Shown piece by piece: positions 28,756 through 38,688 of a DNA stretch of 64,000 nucleotides (within the stretch, counting starts at the first letter, position 1; every line of letters begins with the position of its first letter). Both the position numbers and the translations under genes were made by a program. The notes beneath the pieces are model-generated. The model was not told the DNA's origin. It was given only the letters and a program-made list of their open reading frames with translations, and ran no database searches. Origin of the DNA: a virus (lineage: Duplodnaviria > Caudoviricetes); the IMG/VR virus record IMGVR_UViG_3300037424_001651, positions 11,548 through 75,547 of that record. One strand, given 5' to 3'.

Positions 28756-29481
28756 GTGAAGGAGGAAGGTGTGCCGGAGAACAACGAGAAGATCGAGATC
28801 ATCGAACCGCACAGCGTCGTGCTGTATCCCTCATTCGACGAGGTGCAGGACTTCCCACGCGTGCTGGAGGTCGCGGGTCGGACCTGTTACAAGAGTGAGG
28901 ACAAGATCACAGGCGAGAGCAACTGCAAGTTCATCGAGAAGATCCGTGACAGCGGGCACCACAGCGTGCTGGAGCATTGCTCCATCACTGTCAAGATCGT
29001 GGGCGACCGGTCGATGAGTCATCAGCTTGTCCGTCACCGCATCGCCGCCTTCTCACAGGAGTCCATGCGCTACTGTGATTATTCCCGGGACAAGTTCGGC
29101 AAGCTGCAAGTTATCTGTCCACCCAAAATCCAACAGGAAGGTGAGAACCGCGTTGACAAGTTCGCAAGGTGGAGCTGTTGCATCGAAGAGTGTTATCGTG
29201 CCTACCTTGATCTCCGGGAGATGGGCGTGCCCGCTGAGGATGCACGTTCGGTGCTGCCGCAGGCTACAAAGACCGAGGTCGTGACGACTTTCAACGTGCG
29301 GCAGTGGCGGCATGTCTTCGAGCATCGCGCATTGAACTCTAAAGCACAGTGGCAAATCCGTCGGCTCCTGTGTGGCGTCCTGCTCAGCCTGGCTGAGGCG
29401 ACACCAATCTTGTTCGGGGATCTACGCGAGAAGATGGGCGAGCTTGCAGATGCGGAAGCCTTTCCGTGCACGTGGGCGTAG
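28756..29481 (+). CDS. thyX: FAD-dependent thymidylate synthase
   Basis: GH.SVLEH, RSMSHQLVRHR..FSQESMRY, EDARSVLP and AQWQIR. Confidence 0.95.
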   Translation: MKEEGVPENNEKIEIIEPHSVVLYPSFDEVQDFPRVLEVAGRTCYKSEDKITGESNCKFIEKIRDSGHHSVLEHCSITVKIVGDRSMSHQLVRHRIAAFSQESMRYCDYSRDKFGKLQVICPPKIQQEGENRVDKFARWSCCIEECYRAYLDLREMGVPAEDARSVLPQATKTEVVTTFNVRQWRHVFEHRALNSKAQWQIRRLLCGVLLSLAEATPILFGDLREKMGELADAEAFPCTWA

Positions 29482-29508
29482 GAGGCGGGGCGGGACAAGG
29501 AGGGCGTT

Positions 29509-30009
29509 GTGGGGTTGGAAGAACTGAAGTCTATATATCCCAGTGGGATCGTAGTCGCAGGGACGGGGCACAGATGGTTTGGTGGTGCTGACATTGTGGA
29601 GATCGTACGAGACTGGATCAACAACATGCTGGCTACTATCGAGCCGCGACGCGTCGTCACAGGGATGGCTGTTGGGTTCGATACGTATCTTGCGCGTGAA
29701 GCGCTCCGACAACAGATCCCGTTGCTAGCGGCTATTCCGTACGAAGGGCAAGAAGATCAGTGGCCTGATGGGGCACGTACCGAGTATCGCAAAATCCTCA
29801 AGCAAGCAGAAACGGTGCATATTGTCGAGAAGGGTGGCTACGCGAGTTGGAAGTACCAGAAGCGCAACGAGTGGATGGTGAACAACTGCGATCTGCTCCT
29901 GGCGGCGTGGAGCGGGAAGCCGGGCGGTACAGCGAACTGCGTTCGGTACGCGCATCAAGTCGAGCGGCGGGTCGAGTTATTGCCAGGCCTCAAGCCCGAG
30001 GCCATTTAG
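29509..30009 (+). CDS. YspA/SLOG-family protein (DUF1273-like)
   Basis: AGTGHR, TGMAVGFD, AIPY..Q..W, YQKRNEWMV....L.A.W.G..GGTANCV.YA. Confidence 0.85.
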   Translation: MGLEELKSIYPSGIVVAGTGHRWFGGADIVEIVRDWINNMLATIEPRRVVTGMAVGFDTYLAREALRQQIPLLAAIPYEGQEDQWPDGARTEYRKILKQAETVHIVEKGGYASWKYQKRNEWMVNNCDLLLAAWSGKPGGTANCVRYAHQVERRVELLPGLKPEAI

Positions 30010-31035
30010 ATGTGTGTCGACACGTTAATCGTATCACTTCCTTCTTGGCGCTGGGACAGTGTGTCAAGCAGCCTCGCTGAGGGCCTCGCTGATGTTGTTC
30101 GGTGTGTGGCAGAAGATGTGTTTGTCGCTGTTCGGTCTTTAGCTGCGGGTGGCTGTGTGTGGATTCACAGTGTAGATGTACCCCACGATGTCGTATCGTG
30201 GGCTGACCCGCGCCAAGCTCAACGATTTCACAAGAAAAGACAGGCAGGGATTTCCCCTCGACGACGCGACGGTAGTCTCACAAATCCTACGACAGACATA
30301 CAAGCGGCGGCGGCGGAGAGATACGTTTGTGAATTATTGGGCAAGCGTTTTGATGGTTCAACACGGTCTTTCGGAGATCGCTTGGATTTCAACTTAATAG
30401 ATGGTCGCAGCGTTGACGTGAAATGGATGGATCGGGCACGAGGCCGGTTAATCGTGAACCCCACTGATCCTCCCAAGGATGTGTACGTGTTGGTAAGTGG
30501 GATAGCTGAGCGTGGGCTTACCGTCAAAGGTTGGTGTACGCGCAGTGAACTGATTGTTGGTGGCCGTCGCAATCCGGGGATGGAGGATCTAGGATTCGGC
30601 CCGAAATACACATTGTGGGACGATGAGCTTCGGCCGTTTTTAAGTCTGGAGCGTTTGGAGGCTGCGGCCAACTTTCGTGGGCGCTGGATTCTCGCGGCGC
30701 ATGTAGTTACCGCGGTGCATCCGGTGCTCGTCCTTCAAGAAGCGATTTGGCTGCAAAAGGCCCAAGGTGCCTTATTCCGTTTGAGCAAACCGAGCCGTCC
30801 TACACTGCCGGGGAAGCCATCGGTACAGTTGGCTTTGCGTCGCAGCCCGACGTGGGCTGACGAAGGTTGGCTTGATCACTGTTTGGTTGGTGCGAAGATA
30901 GTCGGTGCTGTTTACGTCGATAAGTGTGTTAGAGCTACTGTTGAAGCGGCTGGTTTAGTTCACAAAGATGTGTCGCCGTACCGAGACGAGGCACAACGTC
31001 CAGCCGGACTCCTGCAACGCATCCCGCAATGTTGA
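30010..31035 (+). CDS. Hypothetical protein with PD-(D/E)XK-like region (start uncertain)
   Basis: AAE..V...LG, D....G..VDVK pattern. Confidence 0.45.
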   Translation: MCVDTLIVSLPSWRWDSVSSSLAEGLADVVRCVAEDVFVAVRSLAAGGCVWIHSVDVPHDVVSWADPRQAQRFHKKRQAGISPRRRDGSLTNPTTDIQAAAAERYVCELLGKRFDGSTRSFGDRLDFNLIDGRSVDVKWMDRARGRLIVNPTDPPKDVYVLVSGIAERGLTVKGWCTRSELIVGGRRNPGMEDLGFGPKYTLWDDELRPFLSLERLEAAANFRGRWILAAHVVTAVHPVLVLQEAIWLQKAQGALFRLSKPSRPTLPGKPSVQLALRRSPTWADEGWLDHCLVGAKIVGAVYVDKCVRATVEAAGLVHKDVSPYRDEAQRPAGLLQRIPQC

Positions 31036-31040
31036 TCGTG

Positions 31041-31259
31041 TTACTTGTGGCGGTAGGTGATGAACCCGCGACTCGGGTCGTACGGTGAAACCGCAACCGT
31101 CACATGATCCCCGAGCACGACGCGGATCTTGTAGCGCCGCATGCGGCCTGCTAGACGGGCTTTCACTTCCAACCCTTCACCGGTTGTGACCACGAAGTTG
31201 CCTTGAGCATTGACCGTTGTGATTCGCCCTTCCATATCGATGAGGTCAGCGCGGCTCAT
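31041..31259 (-). CDS. infA: Translation initiation factor IF-1
   Basis: IDMEGRI......NFVV....EV.A.LAGRMRRYKIRVVLGD.V.V..SPYD..RG.ITYR.K. Confidence 0.93.
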   Translation of the reverse strand: MSRADLIDMEGRITTVNAQGNFVVTTGEGLEVKARLAGRMRRYKIRVVLGDHVTVAVSPYDPSRGFITYRHK

Positions 31260-31260
31260 G

Positions 31261-32622
31261 CTACATCCACGGGACGAGGCCACGCGCGACAGCGGTGTTG
31301 ATCGACGCTTCCGCTTCTTGTGGTGTGAGGGTGGGCCACGCGTGCAGCACCTTGCCTTGCCTCTCCGTAACCAGGCCCGCCATCTTTCCGCCGTTTTTAA
31401 GGTAAGCGTCTAACGAGGTGCGCAGACCTCTGGCGGCTTTTTCTGCGACTGATGTCATGCACCAGCGACAGGTTTGGCAGTTCCCAGAGACGCGAGGGTT
31501 GGTGGCGGCGCATTCCATCGGATCGCCGACTTCGGTGTGCCGCCCCATGCAGTGGTAGCCGAACACGGTGGCGATCCCTAAGCCTTCCCGTTTCAGCGTA
31601 TAGCGAACCTCGTCGATCCGTTCTCCCAGCGGGAACCCGGCGGGGATGGGTTGCGCGAAGGCCATAGAGGCTTCGGTGGCATAAGCAAAACCGACGAAGC
31701 TGTCGCCAAGCTTATGCGCAGCGTCTATGAGCTTGCCGAGGTGTTGGCCGTGAGGCCCGAACGGAGGGGTGCTGGGATCGAGGCTGATCTGGATGAAGAG
31801 GTTGCGGCGCGGGGTGAGCTTCTTGGCCCACTTCGCAATACGCGTGAAACCCCACAGACGGAAAGGTCCGCTGTCAAGTTCGCCGAGCAAGGGATCAATG
31901 CTCATTTGTTTCGATGTGAAGGTGTCGCGTTCAGAGAGCTTCGTGATCGTGTTGGCGAGCTTGACTGCGCCGCTATCGAAATCGCCGCCTCCGTTCCAGC
32001 GCAGGTTGTTGATTCCGACAGGGTAGAAGTACGGCTTGCGGTTCCGACAAAAATGTATGATACGTTTCGCTTCCTTTTCAAGCTCAGCCTGGGGTGCGTT
32101 ACGGTACCACTTCGTCAAGAGGCGGTTCTGCATGTAGCGGCGTTGATGGGCGTTCATCGTATCCCAGTTGGTTTCGGCCCACGTCACGAACCGAGCGGTC
32201 TTGGCATAGCAGTGGCTCATGCACCAGTCGGTTGGCATGCACGTACCGCCTTCAACGCGGACGTCTTTCTTGTTGTAGGGGTTCAGCCCTTGGCCGCGCG
32301 CCAGTTTGGCTCGGCCTTGTTTGGTCGGAACCCTGTACCCGTCGATGCGGGTGTTGAAGGAGCGGATGGCCTTGCCGTTGTCGGAGATCTTTAGCTTGTA
32401 CCGTGCAAGGTCTTTCACAATTATGGCCGGTGTGTCGGCTGGTGCGAGGTAGCCTGGAGGCAGTGGCGGCGTCGGCACGACCTGTCCGAAGGCTCCATAA
32501 CCAGAACCATCATCCTCGCAGTAACCCTCCAGTACCGGTGCCGGTGCGCCCGTAAGTGGGCATTGGTCGGGCGGGAACCAAAGATCTTCTTCGAGGTACC
32601 GCTCTTCGTAGTCGTCTTGCAT
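31261..32622 (-). CDS. gp88-like Cys-motif (Fe-S/radical-SAM-like) protein with N-terminal extension
   Basis: C....C...CYA, LRWNGGGDF, WGFTR and C-terminal C......C..CRWC. Confidence 0.6.
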   Translation of the reverse strand: MQDDYEERYLEEDLWFPPDQCPLTGAPAPVLEGYCEDDGSGYGAFGQVVPTPPLPPGYLAPADTPAIIVKDLARYKLKISDNGKAIRSFNTRIDGYRVPTKQGRAKLARGQGLNPYNKKDVRVEGGTCMPTDWCMSHCYAKTARFVTWAETNWDTMNAHQRRYMQNRLLTKWYRNAPQAELEKEAKRIIHFCRNRKPYFYPVGINNLRWNGGGDFDSGAVKLANTITKLSERDTFTSKQMSIDPLLGELDSGPFRLWGFTRIAKWAKKLTPRRNLFIQISLDPSTPPFGPHGQHLGKLIDAAHKLGDSFVGFAYATEASMAFAQPIPAGFPLGERIDEVRYTLKREGLGIATVFGYHCMGRHTEVGDPMECAATNPRVSGNCQTCRWCMTSVAEKAARGLRTSLDAYLKNGGKMAGLVTERQGKVLHAWPTLTPQEAEASINTAVARGLVPWM

Positions 32623-32634
32623 CCTGCACTCCTT

Positions 32635-33036
32635 CTAGTACATATCTGCGATCTGCTGCACGAACTCATTGGGGACACCGCGTCCGAAGTGAATCGCGAC
32701 CAGGGCTTGCGCAGGCAAGACGAACCGGTCAGTCCACGTCGGGCCGATTTGCCACCGTTTGCCGATTTGATCGAGCAGGTAGTTGCGGATGAACAGCTTG
32801 CCTTCGCGGATGTTGAGGTGCACATAGGCGAGGCTGGCACCGCCTTGGGAAGTTGGTAGTTCGATGACGATGCCCGGAGGCTGCGTGGGTAGTCGTTTGT
32901 TCCGCACGGGCGGCCCCTTCTGAACGTGTACGCTGACGCGCTTGACGCGCGTCCCTGCGAAGGTGCCGCGATCCTCGAAGGCGTGAGCGAGCTGCTCGGC
33001 CAGTTTGGTAACCAGGACTATCTCGTGCGGCGTCAT
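32635..33036 (-). CDS. Hypothetical protein
   Basis: Co-oriented with and adjacent to the gp88-like gene; RBS AGGAG downstream serves the next gene. Confidence 0.55.
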   Translation of the reverse strand: MTPHEIVLVTKLAEQLAHAFEDRGTFAGTRVKRVSVHVQKGPPVRNKRLPTQPPGIVIELPTSQGGASLAYVHLNIREGKLFIRNYLLDQIGKRWQIGPTWTDRFVLPAQALVAIHFGRGVPNEFVQQIADMY

Positions 33037-33088
33037 CGACTTGCATTGTGGCACAAGAGGTGTGTAAATTCCAACTACGGAGGTTGCG

Positions 33089-33409
33089 ATGCTGCCGAAA
33101 GTGAAGGTCAATGAGTTTAACTCGAAGGTGTTGAAAGCCAAGAAGCCTGTAGTCGTAGACTTCAGCGCTGATTGGTGTGAGCCGTGCAAGATGCTGGAGC
33201 CGATCCTCGACAAGATCGCTGACAAGTACAAGGAAGACGTGGAGTTCTACTCCGCGGATGCCGACGAGATCGGCGAAGTCATGGCCCGGTACAAGCTGTT
33301 TAGCTTGCCCACTGTTGCCCTGTTCCGCGCAGGCCAGCTCGTGGGAACCGCAGTAGGTGTCGACAACAACTCCGCGGCCGAGATCGAGGCGCTGTTGCAG
33401 CCGAATTGA
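33089..33409 (+). CDS. trxA: Thioredoxin
   Basis: VVVDFSADWCEPCK and SLPTV; RBS GGAGG. Confidence 0.92.
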   Translation: MLPKVKVNEFNSKVLKAKKPVVVDFSADWCEPCKMLEPILDKIADKYKEDVEFYSADADEIGEVMARYKLFSLPTVALFRAGQLVGTAVGVDNNSAAEIEALLQPN

Positions 33410-33536
33410 CCGCGATCTTGTCCTGACCCTGCCTTCGGGAACGTGTTTTCGCGGACTTACGCGCACAAATTCACTTAATTCTTGCAATCCTGGCACGACT
33501 GCGTTTATATTAGAGTCGATTCAAGGAGGCTCTTCT

Positions 33537-34259
33537 ATGAACCGATTTGCATGGCTCGTCTTTTTGTCCGTGGTCTTTTACGGCTGCGGTGGTCCTACCC
33601 TCTACAAAACAGTTCGCTATTCTCGGTTGTCGGTGAACACCGTCATGCTTGGGACGCAGGAGGCTGATAAGGTCAATGGCGAAGCGTTCACGGAGTCAAG
33701 CGATACCATCGCGAAGGCCGCATATGACGAGCATGTGCTTCCGGTCGCTACCGAAATGGGCCTCGAAGGCGAAGACGACGTGTGTTCGCTGGATGGGTTG
33801 ACGATTACTGACGATGCCAAGGCTGAGCTTCAAGAAGCTTGCGACGCTGGGTTCGCACAATGGTGTACCGACATCAAGCCTATTTGGCACGACCACTGCT
33901 TACGTACGTGTATCATTCATACGGTGAAGGATGGTCTACGCGCAGTCGAGAAGACGGTAAATGCGCTTCAGTACGTTCAAGAGAATTACTCGGCGGACTC
34001 CAAGTTCAAGCAACTCAAGGCAGACGACAAGCTCAAATGGACGGATTATGCTGGACAGGTCAAGAACTGGTTTGTGATGGCACTGGTCCAACTTGGGTCG
34101 CTTGTTCACCTTCTGCACGAGACTGGAATCCCCATTCCCGAAGCGCTCAACGTTATCACTGACATTTCGGGCGGTTTCGTGAACATGCCGAATAACTACG
34201 AGGAACCAGCGTGTGAATGTACGCCTTACCCCGAGAATTCGGGCTGCGAAGGAGACTGA
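33537..34259 (+). CDS. Predicted lipoprotein
   Basis: MNRFAWLVFLSVVFYG-C lipobox-like signal; promoter-like TTGCAA-N18-TATATT upstream; RBS AAGGAGG. Confidence 0.65.
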   Translation: MNRFAWLVFLSVVFYGCGGPTLYKTVRYSRLSVNTVMLGTQEADKVNGEAFTESSDTIAKAAYDEHVLPVATEMGLEGEDDVCSLDGLTITDDAKAELQEACDAGFAQWCTDIKPIWHDHCLRTCIIHTVKDGLRAVEKTVNALQYVQENYSADSKFKQLKADDKLKWTDYAGQVKNWFVMALVQLGSLVHLLHETGIPIPEALNVITDISGGFVNMPNNYEEPACECTPYPENSGCEGD

Positions 34260-34388
34260 CATGGCACGACCGAAATTGTTCACTGATAGAGAACTCCTCC
34301 AGATGGGCGGCAAGCCCTTCCAAGCTCCGTCACCAGTCGGGCGATCCTACATCAAAACGCTGGAATCGGCTGTTTCGTAGGGGTTATC

Positions 34389-34622
34389 ATGGCTGATTCA
34401 CCTGCTGCGGTTGAAGCGTATACTATCGAAGGCTACGACGATACGTCTCGTGCTGGTATTACAGTCGCGACTGTGGTGGGCATTGGCATGTTGACGCTGG
34501 CTTTAGGGACTGTGCTCTACTTCGGGTTGCGCCGCCCTCGTCAGGCTCGTGGACGCTCTCCGTACCATCCTGCCACAACATGGGCTACTGAAGCCGTGCC
34601 GTATTACAGCGGGAGGGGATAG
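34389..34622 (+). CDS. Small single-pass membrane protein
   Basis: Hydrophobic helix followed by RRPR. Confidence 0.55.
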   Translation: MADSPAAVEAYTIEGYDDTSRAGITVATVVGIGMLTLALGTVLYFGLRRPRQARGRSPYHPATTWATEAVPYYSGRG

Positions 34623-35669
34623 ATGTACGAGCTTGCATGCCCTAGCTGTATGATGTTTGGCGATTTGGGCGGAGGCGAGATCATGACGAAGACGCTCGTC
34701 CTTCGCGAGCTTCAAGTTGGCCTCGCTGATTGGGGTTTGGCTGATACTGGTAGTCCAGGTGTGTGGAGCGCTAAACTTGGTAGCGCACTCAAGAGCTATC
34801 AACAAGAACGGAAGTATCCGTATCTTACCACCAAGCCGGAATACTGGACGATCTATGACATTGTCGAGCCGCGTATTGGTGAGCCGACGTTCGACATTTG
34901 GTCCCGGATCTATCAGGAAGCGACAGGCAAGACACCGAATGCCGGTGTTTGGCAGGTTCAATTCGCGCTGCGCCAGTTGAAATTCAATCCTGGTCCTGTG
35001 GATGGCTTGTCAGGAACCCAGACGACGAACGCGATCAAGTTATGGCAGAAGATGCACGCTTTCCCGCAAACCGGTGTGCTCTTACCGACGCAAGTATCTG
35101 TGTTGGGGGCCGAGGTCGCAGAGGAGAAGTTGCTTGGTACGCTGCTGGTCACAGCCGAAATCCCGTCTGATACCTTGATCGAGACGATTGATCCGGCTGT
35201 CTCGTTCGAGGATCCGCCTGAAGTTGTAGAAGCGATTATCGAAGCGCAGGCGGCGGGTGTTCCGATCACTGTGCGCGAAGATCGTGCAGTAACAGAACCA
35301 AAAGTTGTGGTTGAGCGTGAGCCGACTACGCAAAAGATCATTTCTGTGACGAAGCTCATTCCAGCTACACCTCCCAAGCCGGTGAATCCGTGGGTGTGGG
35401 TAGGCGTCAGCGCGGCTAGTGTTGTTGCTGTGGGTGGGATCATTGCATTGGTTGTGCGGGCTGTTGGAGCTTCGGCCGCAACCGCTGCGGTTGCGGGGCT
35501 GGGGGCGTACGAAGAAGACCCCCGTGACGCACATCTACGTCGGGTCGGGCGCATGATGCGCGTAAAGGTTCGGCAACGTTCTGAACCGATGCTGTCCAAA
35601 CGCGAGAAGCGCCAGCGTAAAGGTGGTCGAAAAGGCCGTCATGCGCAAGCATGGCGTGAGGAGCAGTAA
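34623..35669 (+). CDS. Peptidoglycan-binding-domain protein with C-terminal membrane anchor
   Basis: Two PG_binding_1-like repeats (LQVGL..WG...G.W...L..ALKSYQ; VQFALRQL.FNPGPVDG..G.QT.NAIK.WQ..H..PQTG), TM helix, basic tail. Confidence 0.75.
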   Translation: MYELACPSCMMFGDLGGGEIMTKTLVLRELQVGLADWGLADTGSPGVWSAKLGSALKSYQQERKYPYLTTKPEYWTIYDIVEPRIGEPTFDIWSRIYQEATGKTPNAGVWQVQFALRQLKFNPGPVDGLSGTQTTNAIKLWQKMHAFPQTGVLLPTQVSVLGAEVAEEKLLGTLLVTAEIPSDTLIETIDPAVSFEDPPEVVEAIIEAQAAGVPITVREDRAVTEPKVVVEREPTTQKIISVTKLIPATPPKPVNPWVWVGVSAASVVAVGGIIALVVRAVGASAATAAVAGLGAYEEDPRDAHLRRVGRMMRVKVRQRSEPMLSKREKRQRKGGRKGRHAQAWREEQ

Positions 35670-35961
35670 GATGCGCGGCAAATATAGAGCCATGGGTGTT
35701 GTAACGCCTGAGTGGGATAATCGCATGCTCAAGCGCCTAACTAATGCGATCACGGAGACAGTCGCGGCCATGCAGGGCTTTCAGAAGCGAGCCATGCGTT
35801 CGTCTGTGTACGATGCGGAATATTTCGAGGCCGCTGAAAGCCTTCTTGATTTGCGGATGGTGCCAAGATGCTTGCAACGGCCGTCGAGGACAACGCAGAG
35901 GCTCTGAAGGCAGGGTAAGGACAAGAACTCAATGTGCAGGCAACAATAAGGAGGAATAGCA

Positions 35962-36738
35962 ATGTACAACGTGAACTTCTCAAATAGTCTTGGCGCAGTG
36001 GAGCCACTCGAACAAGGGCTGTGGGATAGCGTTCCTGGCGACGTTTATCAAGACGGCAAGTTTATCGCCGAGACAAGCGACGAGAACTTCGAGTACATCG
36101 AGAAGATGTCTCCGCCCTTGAGCAAGGAAGCTGCCGAGGCCATGGTTGCGGAGCTGACGGCCACCTTGAATGCGCGTCGCGCGGGGCTGGCGGCGCGTGG
36201 CATCGACGTGACTGAGGCGAATGTGACGTACGCTTGTGACGATGCGGTGTGCGGCGTCAAGTGGTCGTACGTGGCCCCGGTTCGTGAGTGGATGGGTCGT
36301 CAGCAATTCACCACGCAAAGCGAGGCTGAAGCATATCTGAATACGACGCTTCAGATGCTGCAAGCCAATGGCTGGGAAGTCCTGAACTCGCGCGTGACCG
36401 ATCTCGATACTCCCGGGTACTGGTGCGTCGTGCACACTGTGGACATGACGCCGCTCTACCTTCAGATGGCAGAGCCAGGCGAGGGTGAAACGCTTGCTCC
36501 GCCGATCATTACAGACCTGCCCGAGACAATCGTGATCCCAGCCGCTACGATGAGCCGTGGCAAGAAGATCGGCTTGGGCCTCGGTATCGCCGGTGCTGTG
36601 TTGCTTCTGGGTGGCATTGTGACGGCGGTTGTGGTGAAGAAGCGCAACGACGCTGACGACGCGCCGGTGCATGGCTACGGTCGATACGGGCGTGCGTCTA
36701 TGCACGGCCACTACAGCAAGCCTCGCAGCCGTTACTAG
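35962..36738 (+). CDS. Acidic protein with C-terminal TM anchor and basic tail
   Basis: KKIGLGLGIAGAVLLLGGIVTAVVVKKR. Confidence 0.65.
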   Translation: MYNVNFSNSLGAVEPLEQGLWDSVPGDVYQDGKFIAETSDENFEYIEKMSPPLSKEAAEAMVAELTATLNARRAGLAARGIDVTEANVTYACDDAVCGVKWSYVAPVREWMGRQQFTTQSEAEAYLNTTLQMLQANGWEVLNSRVTDLDTPGYWCVVHTVDMTPLYLQMAEPGEGETLAPPIITDLPETIVIPAATMSRGKKIGLGLGIAGAVLLLGGIVTAVVVKKRNDADDAPVHGYGRYGRASMHGHYSKPRSRY

Positions 36739-37258
36739 GCGCGAAGGAGATTTACGGATGAACCCACTGGTAATCGTGTTCCGGCTCGTGACGGGACTCA
36801 CAGAACTTATCGTGCACGAACTCAGGGCGAATCAGGAAGAGGCTGCGGCAGCCAACGTCGAAGTTGCCATGGGCTTCGGCCTCAAGGTCTTCGAGCGCCT
36901 CACCAATGGTGAGCCGCTTGATGAGCTGCTGAACAAGCGCGCCCGGGATCTCATGACCGAGGAGGACGAGTCCGAGGTCGCGGCCGACGAGGCTGTGAAA
37001 CGCGCCAAGAACATGTTCGGGAGGAAGTAGATGGCTAGCGTCAAAAAGATCCGTCAAGTTGCGGAAGCGTGGACACGTTACGAAGACTACCTTGCGCAGT
37101 TTATGGGTTGGTATGCGCTGGACCTGCTCGATGACGCCGAGCGTGATGGCCTGTCAGAGCGAGAAACAGCAGCCATCATTCGACAGATGCTGGAGGAATA
37201 CATTCCATCAACCGTTGACGACGCTTCAAGCGAGTTCTGGCGACAAGCAGGGCTGTAG

Positions 37259-37531
37259 ATGACTGAGGAAGGCAAGACGCTTGGCATCGCGTTCGGGAGC
37301 ATCGCGGTTTCCATTGCGCTTGTCGCGTTGGTCGTTGGTGCGCTGCACAAACCGTCGGGAGGGAATGGTGCTATGGGCGGGGCTGGGACGAAGCTGATCA
37401 ATAGAGCACGAATGCTTCTCGCGTATATGTCGCCGCAGGACGCGGTACGTGAGCTTGTGTCGACCGGTGTCGACAAGACAGATGCGTATTTCGCAGTTAA
37501 GGCAGCAGGCGTTCTGCTTGAGGAGAAGTAG
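37259..37531 (+). CDS. Small N-terminally anchored membrane protein
   Basis: Hydrophobic N-terminal helix and Gly-rich linker. Confidence 0.55.
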   Translation: MTEEGKTLGIAFGSIAVSIALVALVVGALHKPSGGNGAMGGAGTKLINRARMLLAYMSPQDAVRELVSTGVDKTDAYFAVKAAGVLLEEK

Positions 37532-37819
37532 ATGGCACGTAAGAAGACGCACAAGGACGTCGAGTTCGCCGTGGAGTTCGCAGGTCCGCGCGGCGGACAG
37601 GAAAAGATGCACCGCTCTTTCGAGGAAGCGGCTGGTACGGCGATTGCCATGGCAGCTTCGACCGGACAAGAAGTGTACCTCGACGTCTTGATCTACAGCA
37701 AGGCAGGTGCTCGTTGGTGGGGCGGCGATACTGCGGTGGAAATGTACGAAGAGGATCCCGAGGCGTCGATTTCGCAGCGCGTCATCGTGCGCGCTGAGGA
37801 CGAAGGCCGCATCGCATAG
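37532..37819 (+). CDS. Hypothetical protein
   Basis: RBS GAGGAG; gene train. Confidence 0.6.
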   Translation: MARKKTHKDVEFAVEFAGPRGGQEKMHRSFEEAAGTAIAMAASTGQEVYLDVLIYSKAGARWWGGDTAVEMYEEDPEASISQRVIVRAEDEGRIA

Positions 37820-37828
37820 GGGGGTGTC

Positions 37829-38209
37829 GTGAGCTTCGGACGTAAATGGAAGAACTGGGGCGGTTCCAGTGAGACTAAGCCGCGTGGGATGGGCGGCTTC
37901 GCCGACATTGGCAGCCGCATCGTGAGCGCAGGCAAGCTCTCCAAGGCACTCAAGGACGCGGGCCTCTGGCCGCGGACCTTCACAGCGAACGACCTCAAGA
38001 AGGGTACCCCTGCCGCAAAGGACGTAGGCCACGAGATCTTCGGTAGTAGGGCGATGATCTTCATCCATGCACAAGACATGGAGCATCGTCAGGCTATCGA
38101 GCGGTTCCTTCGCCGGGAAGACTACAAGTACAACCGGCGTTACTGGCCCGGCGCACCGGTCGTTGAGGCGCAGGTGTCGTATTTCAAGGGATGGCACTGG
38201 GACGAGTAG
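37829..38209 (+). CDS. FGRKWKNWG-leader protein 1
   Basis: Begins MSFGRKWKNWGG. Confidence 0.7.
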   Translation: MSFGRKWKNWGGSSETKPRGMGGFADIGSRIVSAGKLSKALKDAGLWPRTFTANDLKKGTPAAKDVGHEIFGSRAMIFIHAQDMEHRQAIERFLRREDYKYNRRYWPGAPVVEAQVSYFKGWHWDE

Positions 38210-38220
38210 GAGACAATCTG

Positions 38221-38688
38221 ATGTTCAACCTCACCAAAGCAGACAAGACGGTCATCGCCGCTTTCCTCGACCAGCGCCCGGCCTCGTCGAAGAAGCTCAT
38301 AACGGACGGACAACGTCTTGATGGGCTGTGGATGGGCGGCATGGGAATCGCCGAGTGGCGTGGTCGCCGAATCCTGTTCACGGATCTGGGAAGCAAGGCG
38401 GCGCAGATTGTGCAGCACGCAATCGAGAAGAAGGCTCCGCGCAACTGGCTCGGCGGCTTTGGGCAGGCGCGCGGGCCGGAGTTGGACCCAGAGCAGGAGC
38501 AGATGCTCCACGAGATCGTCCTCATGGCGCGCAACGACGGTCGCTACTATCCCAACCAGCCTGCGATCTCTGTCGAGCAGGCTATAAAGGAATATATCAA
38601 GATCAAAACTGGGGGGCTGCGTGAGGATGCGCAGATCATCCGCCGTGCTGCCGTACGCGAAGTGCAGCACGTATGGAGGCAGCGATGA
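38221..38688 (+). CDS. Two-module protein joined by a GGFG linker
   Basis: WLGGFGQ between two apparent modules. Confidence 0.6.
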   Translation: MFNLTKADKTVIAAFLDQRPASSKKLITDGQRLDGLWMGGMGIAEWRGRRILFTDLGSKAAQIVQHAIEKKAPRNWLGGFGQARGPELDPEQEQMLHEIVLMARNDGRYYPNQPAISVEQAIKEYIKIKTGGLREDAQIIRRAAVREVQHVWRQR

